A stretch of DNA of 64,000 nt from Octopus bimaculoides (GCF_001194135.2 NC_068982.1:75434279-75498278); one strand, 5' to 3'; shown: positions 12,539 to 27,294, counted from the first letter of the stretch. The notes: a model not told the origin generated them from the sequence alone. Translations and numbers: made by a program.

Positions 12539-13049
12539 GTAAGGTGGGATTTGAGGTAGTAGTCGTAGCAGCAACGGTAGTAGTAGTAGTAGTAGTTGTT
12601 GTTGTAGCAGTAGAAGACNNNNNNNNNNNNNNNNNNNNNNNNNNNNNNNNNNNNNNNNNNNNNNNNNNNNNNNNNNNNNNNNNNNNNNNNNNNNNNNNNN
12701 NNNNNNNNNNNNNNNNNNNNNNNNNNNNNNNNNNNNNNNNNNNNNNNNNNNNNNNNNNAAGCGTGTGACAGAAAGAAGGGGTATGATAAAATAATAAAAG
12801 AGAAAATGTAATCAAAATAAGTATTTTATTCTAATCATTTTGTTGTTTTATGTTTGTTAGTTGTGTATTTGTTTTGTTTTGTTTTAAACGATTTCTTTGA
12901 AACAGCTCTGCTATTCTCTCTCTACTTGGCTGTTTTACTTATTTGCTAATGACAACTGGAGACAAACTGTTGGTGATAGGGTTGGGGGTCGGAGAATAGT
13001 GAGCAGAGGTGTGGTGGAGTGGAAAGACAAGGGTTGTACAAGATAAGGG

Positions 13050-14786
13050 ATGTGTACAAGATATGAGAGAGAGAGAGAAACACAGAGAGAGATGGTGAGC
13101 TACATAGTAGGTAGATAGGTAGGTAGCTAAGTAGATGGCTAGCTAGCAAGACTGATAGATGGCTGGCTAGCTAGCTAGCTATCAGTCTTACTAGCTAGCC
13201 ATCTACCTACTATGTAGCTAGCCATCTCTCTCTCTCATATCTAGCTAGCTAGCGATGGATGGATGGATAGATAGATAGACAGATGATTAGACAGCTTAGC
13301 TAGATAGGTAACTAGATACACAGCTAGTTATCAATCTAACCATCTATCATAGCTAGATAGATGATTGAATACATGGTCAGCTCGATAGGTGATTAGCTAG
13401 AGAGATAGATAGATGGCTAGATAGATAGAAGGCTAGACACATAGATAGATAGATAGACACGTAGATGGATAGATAGATAGATAGATAGATAGACAGACAA
13501 CTGGCTAGAGAGACAGGTGGAAAGATGAGTACACAAGAAAATAATAGATGAATACAAAATAAAATACACAGGAAAATTGATAGGCTGATAGACTGAGGGA
13601 AGGATAGATATGCTGAACAAACTGATAAATGAGAAAGAATTGACCGAATGATTAAGGTGTTGGACAAAATGCTAAGCAATGTTTCTTCTGGCTAAGTTCA
13701 AGTCCTGGCAAGGTCAAATTTGCTTTTTCAACCTTTTGGGTCCAACAAAATAAAGTATCAGTCAAATTTTGGGACCAATTTAAAAACTTACCCCTCTCCT
13801 TAAAAACTGCTGGCCTTGTACCAAGGTATTTATTATTATTATTATTATTATCATCATCATTATCATCATCATCATCATTATCATCATCATCATCATTATT
13901 ATGTGTGTGTGTTAAAAATATATAAATATGCATACACATACAACCACATAAATAGAGTGAGAAAGAGACAGGATGAAAAGTAGCTGATTTGAGAGAGAGA
14001 GGGAGGGAGAGAGAGAAAGAAAGAGAGAGACAGTAAATGAGAGGAAGAGACAGAGAGTGTAGTATATTTTGCAGTCCATGCATGTCTTACTGTACTGCCA
14101 GAAACAAACGTTTGCTGCATCTGGAAATGGCGCTAATGCAATAAAACAAACTGCTTGACGTAAGAGCAACAAGTTAAGTTTCATTGCATGACTGCACACA
14201 ATCACGCATTCACTCACAAACACACACACAGACAAATATACAAATACATTCAAATACATATGCTAACAGAATGAAACACCCATTCACACAAACACACACA
14301 TCAGTATACATGCATAGTAATGCAGAGATATTCAAGCATAAAACCATATGACTCTGCATACCAAAACACATACATGCCAGTTCGTATTTGTACACATTTT
14401 GATACACGCACACACACACACACACACCAGAACTACAGACACATGCGTGTGTGTTTGAGTGAGTCCAACTAATACCAGCATGGAATGTGGATGTAAAATG
14501 ACAAAAAAGAAATGCACACAGACATTTGTACATCCATTCACAAACACACACATTCATTCATAGATAGCAACATGAATGTACTACATGTGCCCACATTTAC
14601 ACACAAGCACCCATCCATGCACAAATGTCTATAGATATCCACCCACACTTCTGCACACATATTAATGCAGACAAACATGTGCACTAATACACACTTAAGC
14701 ACGCACGTCAATGTCACTAAACACACACACAGTTTTCAAAATAGCGAAAACATCATGAAACACATCATGATTAGGAATAAAAAAGC

Positions 14787-14868
<82 letters not shown>

Positions 14869-15305
14869 AAGAAAGAGAGAGAGAGAGAAAGAGAGGTGGG
14901 GACTGGAGTACATGAGAGAAGAAAGCATAAAAGTCAAACAACAGGGGCAAGGAAGAAATATATGAAAATTAAAAGACAGATGAAATTATATATATATAAA
15001 TATACATATAAATATACATAATATATATAAATACACACACATATACACCACACATATATATACACACATATATACACCACACATATACACCACACATACA
15101 TATACACACATATACACCACACATACATATACACACACATATACACCACACATACATATACACACACATATACTCAGACACACATATATACATATATACA
15201 CACACACACACACACACATATATATACACACACATATATATATATACATATACACACACACACATATATATATACACATTTACACACCCACACACACACA
15301 CATAT
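13050..15305. repeat. Microsatellite/minisatellite field: (GATA)n, (TAGC)n, (GA)n, (CA/TA)n
   Basis: Visible directly. It explains the C/V/Y/I/H/T-rich ORFs in the track. Confidence 0.95.
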
Positions 15306-15309
15306 ATAA

Positions 15310-16295
15310 CTGGGGAAATTGGAGAGTGGTTACAGCCAACGGAGTCCTCTCCACGGAGACATTAATAGAAAGTGGAGTGCCTCAGGGAACTGTATTGAGG
15401 TCACTACTGTGGCTCTTTCAGACATGCCACCAGTTACACAGATAGCCACACTTACTAGCTATGCCAACAACACAAAAGTAGTACAAGCAGTCAAGGAACT
15501 TTCTGATGCTAATCTTCTACAGAAAGACCTGGCTAGCTAATTGGTGCTCAGAAGTCACAACAATGATACTTGGGACCAAAAGGAGCGTCAATCCTAGAAT
15601 CACATACGGTGCATGATCTTGAGATTGATATGAGCAAGGATGCTTCATTTCACATGCATGTCACCAAGATGGTGGCAGTGTGCAGGCGAATGGCCAGATG
15701 GATTCTGATAACCTTCAGAACAAGGGAACAGGAAACTAAGCTGGTCCTATGGAGGACATTTGTCCTGAGCCGTCTGGACTACTGCTCTCAACTGTGGTCG
15801 TCACCTCACACTGTAGGATTAACAGAACTTAAAGCGGTTCAGTGATACTACATGAGGAAGATTGCATCAATGGAACAGCTGAACTACTGGGAGACTGAAA
15901 GAGCTATGACTCTACTCACTGGAGCGAAGACAGGTGAGGTATGCAGTGATATATGTATGGAAGATATTGGAGGGGCTGGCACCAAACTTTCGAATTGAGA
16001 GTTATACCAGACCTCGAAATGGACATCACTGCACTGTTCCAAGAGTCTCAGCTGTCTCATCTAAGGTGAGGGCCATGTACTGCAATAGCTTGAGTTCCAA
16101 GGGCCCACAGCTATTTAACTCCTTGCCAAAACATCTGAAGGATCACCATGGAGTGGGAGCAGATGTTTTCAAGAAACAGCTTGACCTCTTTCCATCCAAG
16201 ATCCCAGATGAACCAATATTAAGGCAGGAAACTCAAAAGAGGGCAGCAGTATCGAACTCCTTCCTTCACCAAAAGCTAATCCAATAGAATTGGCC
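15310..16295 (+). mobile_element. CR1/L2-group LINE RT C-terminal fragment
   Basis: TSYANNTKV (decayed YADD), FHMHVTKMV...ILITFRTRE...FVLSRLDYCSQLW, RYAVIYVWKIL...GPQLFNSLP...FKKQLD, with stops and frameshifts. Confidence 0.85.
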
Positions 16296-16299
16296 AATT

Positions 16300-16790
16300 A
16301 AAAGGTGATTACACTGGCAGTACCCCAGCATTCATTCTCTTCATTTAGCAACCTTTCAAAGTAGTATCTCCAAGTCTCTCTCCTTGCAGCCTCATTAAAT
16401 GCAAATGAGCCATCATCCATGTGGACACATTTCTCTCCTATGACATCACAATTCTCTCTCAAACACTGTCTTGCAACATGAAACACTTCAAGTCTTTGGT
16501 CTTCACAACGCAGAACATTGGCAAAGTTTTTCTTATCTGCTTCCCCTCTGGCTAAGTAAACCTGTCTCTTAGCTTCCCTTCTGGCAATCTGATACAATTC
16601 CCTGCTTACACCATTCTTCTGGTCCTCCCATGCCTGTTTCTTTTCCCTAATGGCCCTGAGCGCAGATCTGGTGAGAAGCCCTCAACAGGTTGTCCCATAG
16701 AAACCTCCAGTTGTCTTCCACATCATGTGATGCTATATCCCCCTCTATTTCGTCAAAAACTTCAAGTAATATGTCTCTAAATCTGTCCAC
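16300..16790 (-). mobile_element. RTE LINE fragment (endonuclease-RT linker)
   Basis: MYQIARREAKRQVYLARGEA...ENCDVIGEKCV...FERLLNEENE, and DVEDNWRFLWDNLLRA, typical of RTE ORF linkers. Confidence 0.65.
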
Positions 16791-17124
16791 AAATATACAT
16801 ATACACACACACATATATATATATATATACATACATACACACACGCACATATACACATGTATACAATGGCGGCGAGCTGGCAGAAACGTTAGCACGCAGG
16901 GCGAAATGCTTAGTGGTATTTCGTCTGCTGCTACGTTCTGAGTTCAAATTCTGTCGAGGTCAACTTTGCCTTTCATCCTTTCGGGGTCGATTAAATAAGT
17001 ACCAGTTACACACTGGGATCGACTTAATCCGTTTGTCTGTCCTTGTTTGTCCTCTCTGTGTGTAGCCCCTTGTGGGTAGTAAAGAAATAACACGTGTATA
17101 GACACACACATACATATACACACA

Positions 17125-17162
<38 letters not shown>

Positions 17163-17977
17163 CACATAAATATATAAAGATATATATATACACACACAAA
17201 ACATTTTTACCAACCTCCTGTTTTGATATATATNNNNNNNNNNNNNNNNNNNNNNNNNNNNNNNNNNNNNNNNNNNNNNNNNNNNNNNNNNNNNNNNNNN
17301 NNNNNNNNNNNNNNNNNNNNNNNNNNNNNNNNNNNNNNNNNNNNNNNNNNNNNNNNNNNNNNNNNNNNNNNNNNNNNNNNNNNNNNNNNNNNNNNNNNNN
17401 NNNNNNNNNNNNNNNNNNNNNNNNNNNNNNNNNNNNNNNNNNNNNNNNNNNNNNNNNNNNNNNNNNNNNNNNNNNNNNNNNNNNNNNNNNNNNNNNNNNN
17501 NNNNNNNNNNNNNNNNNNNNNNNNNNNNNNNNNNNNNNNNNNNNNNNNNNNNNNNNNNNNNNNNNNNNNNNNNNNNNNNNNNNNNNNNNNNNNNNNNNNN
17601 NNNNNNNNNNNNNNNNNNNNNNNNNNNNNNNNNNNNNNNNNNNNNNNNNNNNNNNNNNNNNNNNNNNNNNNNNNNNNNNNNNNNNNNNNNNNNNNNNNNN
17701 NNNNNNNNGCAGGAGATGGTGGCGAACCCTGCTGTACTCTTTCACCACAACTTTCTCTCACTCTTACTTCCTGTTTCTGTTGTGCCTGTAATTCAAAGGG
17801 TCAGCCTTGTCACACTGTGTCACGTTGAATATTCCCGAGAACTACGCTAAGGGTACACATGTCTGTGGAGTGCTCAGCCACTTGCACGTTAATTTCACGA
17901 GCAGGCTGTTCCGTTGATCAGATCAACTGGAACCCTCGTCGTCGTAACCGACGGAGTGCCAACAACAACATATATAT

Positions 17978-18008
<31 letters not shown>

Positions 18009-20124
18009 TTAGGTGCACATGTAGCTGCATGCTAAGGAGTTTGCTTTCTAATCACATGATTTCAGGGTCAGCTCCATTGCATTGCACCTTGGTCAAGTGT
18101 CTTCTGCTATAACTTTGGGCTGACTAAAGCCTTGTGAATGGATTTGGTGGATGCAAACTGAAGGAAGCTCATTGTTTATGTGTATACATGTGTTTGTTAA
18201 TGTGTTACTGCAATGCAAGCAATTTCCTTTGTTTCCAGTGCTCCAAGACGTGTCTGGCCACTGGTCATAGGGAAATATTACCTTACTTAGAAACAATTGA
18301 GAGTTGGCAACAAGAAGGGAATTCAACTAGAGAATTCACTTCAATAAATTTCATCCAACCGATGCAAGCATGGAAAAAATGGATGTTAAAATGATGATAA
18401 GGATATATATATAATCATCTAATGTCCATCTTCCATGCTGGCATGAGTCGGACTATGTGATAAGATTTGACGAGCAGAGTTCATCAAATTCCAAGTGTTT
18501 ATTTTATGTTTGTGTAAGTATTATAAACATATGCATATACACGTTTTCTTTTGTTCTTAGTGGGTATCCAACTGTGAAACCCAGCAAGCACTATTAGCTA
18601 TAAATATGATGGTCTTTTGCATCTCATCACTAAAATCTTTATTTGTTTCAAGCTATTCTTACCCACTCTTACATACTGTGGGGTGGTAATAACCTTCAGT
18701 GTGGTTGAGCAACTAATCCCAACCAGTCGGGATTTGCATTACAGGTTGTAGTATTCATCTTTTTGGTCAATGAATGCAAAAGGTGGCTCACAAGACCTCC
18801 ATCTGGATGATTTTCCTGAGTCACCATCTCCCCCTTGTATGCCAATCTGTCAAGGTTACCCATTTACAGCTGAGTGGACTGGAGCAATGTGATATGAAGT
18901 GTTTTGCTCAAGAACACAAAACACAACTTGTCAGTGAATTGAAACCATGATCTTACAATTGCAAGTGCAACACCCTAGCAACTAGGCTATGCGCCTTCAC
19001 AATGTGGGGTAGCCGTGTATCTCCTCTCTAGCAAAGAATACCTGTGCCTGTCCCTCTCTTATATTTTAACTTCTCTTCACTAGGCATAAAGTCACTCCCT
19101 CTCTACTACAACTCCATTTAGTTGAGAGGACTTCTTTGTGTTGTAAGTTACTTGGTGACCTCACTAGAGCTGGTGTCATGAAAAAAAAAAACACCCATAA
19201 AACTCTGTTAGGGCAACCGGTTACAGAAATGATCCTGAAGCAGATACTGGAGCTTGCTGCAGTCCTCTAGTTCATTGGATCCTATCAAATCATCCAACCC
19301 ATGCCAGCATAAAAGACAGATGTTAAATAAAGACAATGACGATAATGTTTTTTATATATAATTATATATGAAGACAATCAAATATCAAATTGAAAAATCA
19401 CTACCTTTTAGCAGAACAAATTTGTTATATTTTTACAAAGTTAAGTTCAACAGATATTTCAGTTCTGTGACCTCCACTTCATTGAACTGCCTGACGAAGG
19501 TTACAAAGCCAAAAATTGAACTAACTGTCAACCTTTTTCTCATGAAAAAAAAATACAAAATATTTAGAAAATACAAATTTAAAAAATGTATTTTTGAAAA
19601 ATAATTACCAAAATGTTCAATGAGTCTGAATATATTATTTGAAATTATAATGAAACTAGACCAAAAATATAATACAGTGAATATAACAAATTACCCGGAT
19701 ATAAATTTAGATTTCTCACACACATATGTACTTAAAAACTAAACACATACACGTGCACACACATGCATGTACACACACACACGCACACACACATACATAC
19801 ATAATTATTAACCATGCATCATCAAAACAAAGTAAAATTTGAAACAATTTTCTCAATATACTCTGATTGTTAATCGCAACAAACAGGCAATATGATTCTT
19901 TTCTGGGAACTGAGTATATGTGAATGCACACATATTTCACACTCAATGCACAAAAGAAATTAACATGTGAACAAATAATTAATGTTTCACAAAAAGTTAG
20001 TGACCTAAATTAGTTAATGTACTAATTAATAATTATATAAAGAATTTAACACAACACAAAATTTTTGTGAACGGTGACTTCCAAAAATTAGAAGGAATAT
20101 TGCTGCATGTGTGTACGAGTCTAA

Positions 20125-20391
20125 GTTGGGCAATTGTGCTAATGAAAGGCTATTGAGACAACAGAAACATGTCTACAAATGCCCACTTATCTCCAGACAA
20201 TCAGCCTATCCTTTTCCCTAATGGCATGTCAATTTTGGAGAATCCTTGAATCTCTGGATAAGGTTGGGCAATTGTGCTAATGAAAGCTACTGAGACAACA
20301 GAAACATGTCTACAAGTGCCCACTTATCTCCAGACAATAAGCCTATCCTTTTCCCTAATGGCATGTCAATTTTGGAGAATCCTTGAATCTC
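20125..20391. repeat. Tandem duplication, period 138 bp
   Basis: GTTGGGCAATTGTGCTAATGAAAG...CCTTGAATCTC at 20125-20254 and 20263-20391, with only a few differences. Confidence 0.95.
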
Positions 20392-21241
20392 AAGATTATT
20401 TCCCATCCCCAAGTAGAGTTGATCTTAATTGCCATTTGTTATTTGTGTAATATCCTCTAGAAGTAAAGATAATTTCAATATATCAAGAATTTATGTTGTA
20501 TGGTATTTGATGTACCTATATTTGTCCAAATACCACTGGCCACTCAGAGTTATTTCTCTTAACTCATTTTTGTTTAAATTCTAAACACACATACATTCTT
20601 TTGTTCACCTCAATCATTAGAGTGTGGTCATGCTGGGGCACTGCCTTGAAGAATTTCAGTCAAATAAATCAACACCAGTACTTTTTATATTTTAAGCCTG
20701 GTACTTATTCGATCAATCTCTTTAGCCGAACTGGTAAGTTATGGGGATATAAACACACCAACATCAGCTGTCAAGTGGTAGTGGGGGGACAAACACAAAA
20801 ACACACATAGATATATACACATACATACATATACACGATGGGCTTCTTTCAGTTTCTATCTACCAAATCCACTCACAAGGCTTTGGTCAGCCTGAGGCTA
20901 TAGTAGAAGACACTCACCCAAGGTTCCACACAGTTGGACAGAACCTGAAACCATATGGTTGAGAAGCAAGCTTCTGACCACACAGCCACTCCTTATATTT
21001 ATTTTTAATGTTCAGTTGTTACTTTTGTTATATTTCCAAACAAATACATAAACGTAAATTTATTATTCCTATACAAGAATGCTGTTGACAGTGACTATCT
21101 GGAAAGAGGTTTACTTCCCAACCAAATGGTTCTGGGTTCAGTCTCACTGTGTAACACCTTAGGCAAGAGTTTTCTACTATGGCCTCAGTCTGACTAAAGC
21201 TTTGTGAATGAATTGGGTAGATGGAAACTGGAAAAAGCCTG

Positions 21242-21288
<47 letters not shown>

Positions 21289-23397
21289 TGCACGCACGCA
21301 CATGCATGTGTGTGTGTCTTTGTGCTTGTGTTAGTGCTCCACCACTGCCTGGCAACTGGTGTTGGTGTGTTTATGTCCCTGTAACATAGCAGTTTGGCAA
21401 AAGAGATCAATAGACTAAGTATCAGGCTTTAAAAAAATAAGTACTGGGGTTGAATAATTTGACTAAAAATTCAAGGTAGTGCCCCAGCATGGCCACAATC
21501 TCATGACTGAAACAAGTAAAAGAGTAGTGGTTAGAGTGTTGTACTCATGATTGTAAGGTTGTGCTTCCAATTCCTGGATTGGGTAGTGCATTGTTTTCTT
21601 GAGGAAAACACTTCATTTCAGAATGCTGCAGTTCACTGAGCTGGCAAAACTTGATAACTCTGCAATAGGCTGGCATCCTGTTCACTTATACACCATGGAA
21701 ACTGGGTGATCAGTCTTATGAGTCCTAGCACTCAAGACAGTCATGTCTAGGGGGTTGAAGATGATGAAGAATCCATATATAAATAGTGTCCTTCTCCCCT
21801 CATCTTGGTGGAGGCAAGGTCAAATGCCAAAGTAGTTTACTTCACAGTCATGACATTCCCAGTTCAGTCCCATTGTGCAGGATTTTTGGCAAGTGTCTTT
21901 TGTCTTAGGGGTAGCCATGTATTCACCTCTTCAGCAAGAAATCTGCTCCTCCCCCTCTATAATACTTGCTTATCCCTCAGTACTATACTCCACTCAGTAG
22001 AGTGGGGGGGGGGGGAATTGACTTGTGAGTACTTGGTGATGTCACCAGTGCTAGTGAAGGCGACACGAAAAAAAGCACCCAGCACACTCTGTGCTGGTTG
22101 GCATTAAAAAAGGTATCCAGCCATAGAAACCATGCCAAAATAGACATTAGAGCCCTCTGAAACATTTTTTCCCGTCAAACCAGCCAACCTATACCAGCAT
22201 GAAAAAAGGGGCATTAAATGATGATGATGATGATGGTGGTGGTGGTGATGATGATGATGATGATGATGAGGAGGAGGAGGAGGAAGAGGAGAAGATCCAA
22301 GTCTTTGTGGTGAAAGCAGAAGTTTGTTGGATAGAAAATATATCTCTTATTCATTACAGTCTGCTTTTCCACACACCTTGTCAGGCTGATTCTGCATATG
22401 GATAATACTGGGTTTCTAAAGACTAGAAACTTCAGGGGAAGGGCACAAGTTGATTACATTGATCCCAGTACTCAACTTGTACTTATTTTCTCAACTCCAA
22501 AACGATGAAAGGCAAAGTCAATCTTGACTGAATTTGACCTCAGAACATAAAGATGGACAAAGTGTTGCTAAGCATTTTGACATGTGAATAATATTAATGA
22601 ATCATGTGTATGTGGAGTACTCAGCAACTTGCATGCTAACACAATGATTAGGGTGGCTCGTTTAGTTTTTGCTAATGATACTACATTATTTAAGGACAGA
22701 ATGACATGGAAGAGCAGTAACGTCATGCATACTTATTTATTTCTACTGAACATGTGGGATTCATGACTACCTGCAGGTGGCTACATAATATGTAGTTTTT
22801 ATGTGAAACATACTATGACAATGTCTGGCTGACTACATCAGAAAATAGATATGGTTATTTGTACACATACAGACACACACACTCACACACAAGAGTGCAT
22901 TTATATACAGATTTGTATAGTCACACAAACATATATATGCATACATACACATATACACACATATATATACTGTATATGTTTATACACATGTGCATGTATA
23001 TGTACACATATATACATGTATCCGCAATGGGCCTCATTGAGGCAATGGCAAGTGACTGAGACCTTTCACGATATGTTGTGCTTGAGAAAATTTGTCAAGC
23101 CAAGTGAAATCATAGTCGTGGCTGTTGCCAGTATCATGTAAATGGCACCCATAGAATTGTAGTCTTGGCCGTTGCTTGTGTCATGTAAATGGCACCCATG
23201 CCAGTGGCATGTAAACAGCACCTGTTACACTCTCAGAGCGGTTGGCATTAGGAAGAGCATCCAGTCAGAAAAAACCATGCCAAATCAGATCGGAACCTGG
23301 TGCAATTCTCCAGCTTACAAGTTCCAGTCAAACCGTCTAACCCATGCCAGCATGGAAAGCAGACGTTAAATGATGATGATGATGATATACATATATA

Positions 23398-23448
<51 letters not shown>

Positions 23449-24199
23449 NNNNNNNNNNNNNNNNNNNNNNNNNNNNNNNATATATAGAAAGGCATGTAAA
23501 GGCATTTACATATGCCTATAGTTTTATATATATATATAAAACTATAAGTATATATATGAATACATATGACAGTGGGTGGGTCATGGGAGGGAATGAGAGA
23601 GTGGATACTTTCATCAGATTGTGGGGAAGGAGTAAATAGGTGAAATTAGAAGTTAATATAGTGAGTGATGAACAAGGGTGAGAATGTGGATGATGGGAAA
23701 TACCAGTATATAGAGGGGATATAGGAATGGTTCAAGAACAAGGACAGAAAAGAAAGTATTGGGATGATGTGCAAGGTGTAGGAGCAGTGGAGAGGGAGGT
23801 ATAGAGGCACATAAGGTGCTATAGTAAGAAGGATATGATGATAGATATAAGAGGGTATTGAGAATAATAGTAGATAAGAGATATGAAAGCATATTGAGAA
23901 AGAAAGCATATAAGAGAGGTGTTAAGAAAGAAGTATAGCAGAAGGGAGACAGAACAGAAGGCACAGAAAGAAATAGTGTAGGCAGGGATGATGTGGAATC
24001 GAAGTGGTTCTGGGAGGAGTGTGATTATTAGACAGGAGATGGGATGTAATATGTGCCAATCCTGCCCTCAGTTGAGTAGTACCAGAGATGGGGAGTGATG
24101 AAAATGATATATAGAAGAGAGGGGGGATGATTGACAGGAAAGAGAGAGATGGGAGGGGACGAAAGGGTCCTGAATGTACATTTTTGCTGTAATAGAGGA

Positions 24200-25330
24200 A
24201 AGGTTTTCTGAAACCATCAATCATATTTAGCCCTTTGCCATCTCTTCTCAACATCTTCTGATCAGCCTTCAATGCTTTATCCCATGTCTTTCTGAGCCTC
24301 CTTCTTCTACAAGTTCCATCCACTTTAATTGATTGGTACTTCTTTATGCAACTGTCCTCATCCATATGCATCACATGAACAAACCAGTGCAGTCTTCTCT
24401 CTTGCATGCAAAATCTGATTCTTCTTGCACTTATCTTTTACCTCAATACATTTGCACTTCATCATACATGCACACTAACATTGCACATCTAGCAGAGCAT
24501 ACTAGCTTCATTCCTCTCTAGTCTTTGCATGTCCTCTACATTCAGGGCCCACTCCTACCATGGAGCATGCCTTTCACTCAGAGAGAAAGACCTCTGGCTG
24601 CCAACAGAAGTAATAGCTTTCTGAACTTTCTCCTTTCTGTTCTTATTCTAATGACTACACTTTCAGAACATTCTCCTCCACTGCAAATTAGGCTGCTTAG
24701 GTAACAGAAACTATCTGCTACCTCTAGGGAGCCTCCAAGACATGAGAAAATCAATTTCTTATATGACCCCTGACTTTATGGCACATATGCATCTTCCACA
24801 TACAAAAACTAATTTCTCTGTTAACCTTCCTGCAATACCATTGTGCCTCCTGTATGTTCATAGCTTGCACTGGGTAAACCATATGGAATTTCTGCCTACA
24901 CCATTCCTACATATCGAGCAGGGCCATTTACTTGAAGTGGGTAGATTCCTATATTTTCCTACTTACTAGAACCTTGGTCTTTGCCAAGTTAACTTTAATG
25001 CCTCTCAATTCCAGATATTGCTGCCACACCTGGAATTTATTTTCTAATTGTATTATAGATTCTACCATGAAAATGACATAATCAGTATATAGTAGTTCCC
25101 AAGGGCAGCCTGTCTTGAATTCTTGTTATGGCCCAGAGAACATTAATGAATAGGAGGAGTCTAAGAACTAAGCTCTGGTGACTGCCTACCTGTACATTAC
25201 ATTTGTCGCTGTACTCATGGCTAACTCTCACCTCTATATAGCTTGTACAGCTTTCACAAGCCATTCATTTTCCCCTAGCTTCCTTAGAGACCACCATATC
25301 CCAGAGTGAGGGAATTTGTTGCAGGCTTTT
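24200..25330 (-). mobile_element. Decayed RTE LINE fragment (same family as 59.6-61.7 kb)
   Basis: EWLVKAVQ...FKTGCPWELLY...WPCSICRNGVGRNS...VFVCGRC...ERRLHWFVHVMHMDEDSCIKK, with many stops. Confidence 0.85.
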
Positions 25331-26957
25331 TGCAGGTCATAAATACCAAGTATAGCAGTTTATTCTTAGCTAAATACTTCTGCAGTTGTCTGACTAAAAT
25401 AGCATCAATATTTATTTCTATATGGCACATACATATATGTATATCTATACAAATACAACTTGCATATGCATACATACATGCACATACACCCATATACCTA
25501 GTCAGTAGACAAACCTCATTTTCTATTGGTTGCAAGAATGTCACTGGTTTCCTTTGATGTTCCACTAAATCACCAATGACACGTGCCATTTGTAATCACA
25601 TGTCTGTGTGTCTGTAGAGATCTGCAGACATCAGTGGCAAGAAATGCAGGAGAATAGCATCTAGAATTATTTCTTTGCTTATACTCCTACTACAAACAAC
25701 TGCTGCCAATGAGAGAAACAGCTCCTATGTGGTTATGCAAACTGTTAGAAATAGCAGCCAGATTCTCTCTCTCTTTGCGTATCACATTCTGCCATCTTAA
25801 AAGAAAAATAGATCAGGTAGGCATGACTAGATTGCATTTGATCATACATCTGCTCACTTCTGCTACAGACTGCTACTGCCAATAAGAGAGACACAGCCTC
25901 TATGTGGTTATCAATCTGTTAGAAATAGCAGCAAAATTATCTCTCTGCATATCACATTCCGCTGGCTTGAAAGAAAGATGAAAGATAGGGCTGGCATAGC
26001 TAGAATACATTTGATCATAAGGCTGTTTATTCCAGACTGACCTGGGGTTAAATAACAACACAACAACAATAACAAGGATATTCATGTGCATGTGTGTGTG
26101 TGTGCATGCATGCATGCATGCACGCACGCACACATGCACACTTGATTGGACAAATGCTTGGTATTTATACCTGAAGAATTATCAGCCTCTCTTAATAACA
26201 ATTAACATACACAAAACATCATCACTGCCACCACTGCCATTATCACCACCACCATGCTGAAAGTTACTAATATTTTTAACCACTAACATCAATATGATTA
26301 CTATTATCTACATTGTTATCATCATCCTTTACCAAGATCATCATCTTCAGTAACCGTACAGCCACTATCAATCCTACATCATAACCATTAACACCATTAC
26401 TATAATTGCCATCATCACCACGATCAGTTGTCAAACATCTGGGGGATTTTTATTTAGTATGTAACTGATGTACCTGGCTGAGAATGTTACTGTTGGTTAT
26501 ACAAGTGAAGTCACTTTTCCCCCTCCTGATCCACTGTCTCTATCACCTCTCTTTCTCCTTGAGGGTTTACTCTGGCATCCTATCACTACCATCTTCCTTT
26601 CTTTCAAGCTACTTCCACCCTTATATAATAATGTAAGGTAAGGTAACCATATATCTTCTCAATAGGAAAACATCTGTGCTTGTCTCTAGCACCTCTTCTC
26701 CCTCTGAAAACCTACCAACACTCAGTTGAAGGAACTTTTTCCTTTTTCTTGTTCCTTCCAATCTTGCAAGTTACTTGGTAACCTCACTAGTGCTGTTGAC
26801 ACATAAAAAGCATCCAGTTCACACTGTAAAATGGTTGGCATTAGGAAGGGTATCCGGCTGTAGAAACCCTGCCACAACTGACACTGGAGCAAAATGCAGC
26901 CTTCGAGCCCTTGATCCTGTCCAATCATCTAATTCATGTCATCATGGAAAGCAGACA

Positions 26958-27180
26958 CACGAGGAGGTGCTGAAAAGATCCTAGCTTTGGATAAATGAAA
27001 ATACAGGAGGATCAGTTAATTATGATTTTAATCAACATATTCCCCTCTCAGATTCATACAATTATTGCAATAAGTCCTTCAGTTTTTCTAAGCCCTGTAA
27101 AAGAACTTGAACGGTTGGGCCTCCAATCAGGCCTGTTGCAATAGCTTTAAAGCCAGGAACTTTTGAGCACCCCACCCCAT
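26958..27180 (-). mobile_element. Mariner-derived MITE, third copy
   Basis: Reverse-complement match to 36523-36741. Confidence 0.85.
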
Positions 27181-27294
27181 AAAATGATATCTGTGAGTGC
27201 ATGTGTTTGCCTGTATATGATTAACAGATTTTTTTAGGCATTGAATAGGCCAGGATGATTAGCGTGTCAGAGAGAATGAATCATGGTATTTATT

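Noticed and set aside
19488-19525. CUGACGA-agg...cc-AAAA hammerhead-like string, and FGFVTF (RNP1-like) on the opposite strand
   Set aside because: No stem I, invalid cleavage triplet, only a 2-bp stem II, and no RRM context.
25513-25589. Exon-like MARVIGDLVEHQRKPVTFLQPIENE followed by GTTTGT on minus
   Set aside because: The phase-0 donor does not fit GNB5 exon 2, there is a stop upstream in frame, the donor is weak, and there is no recognisable homology.
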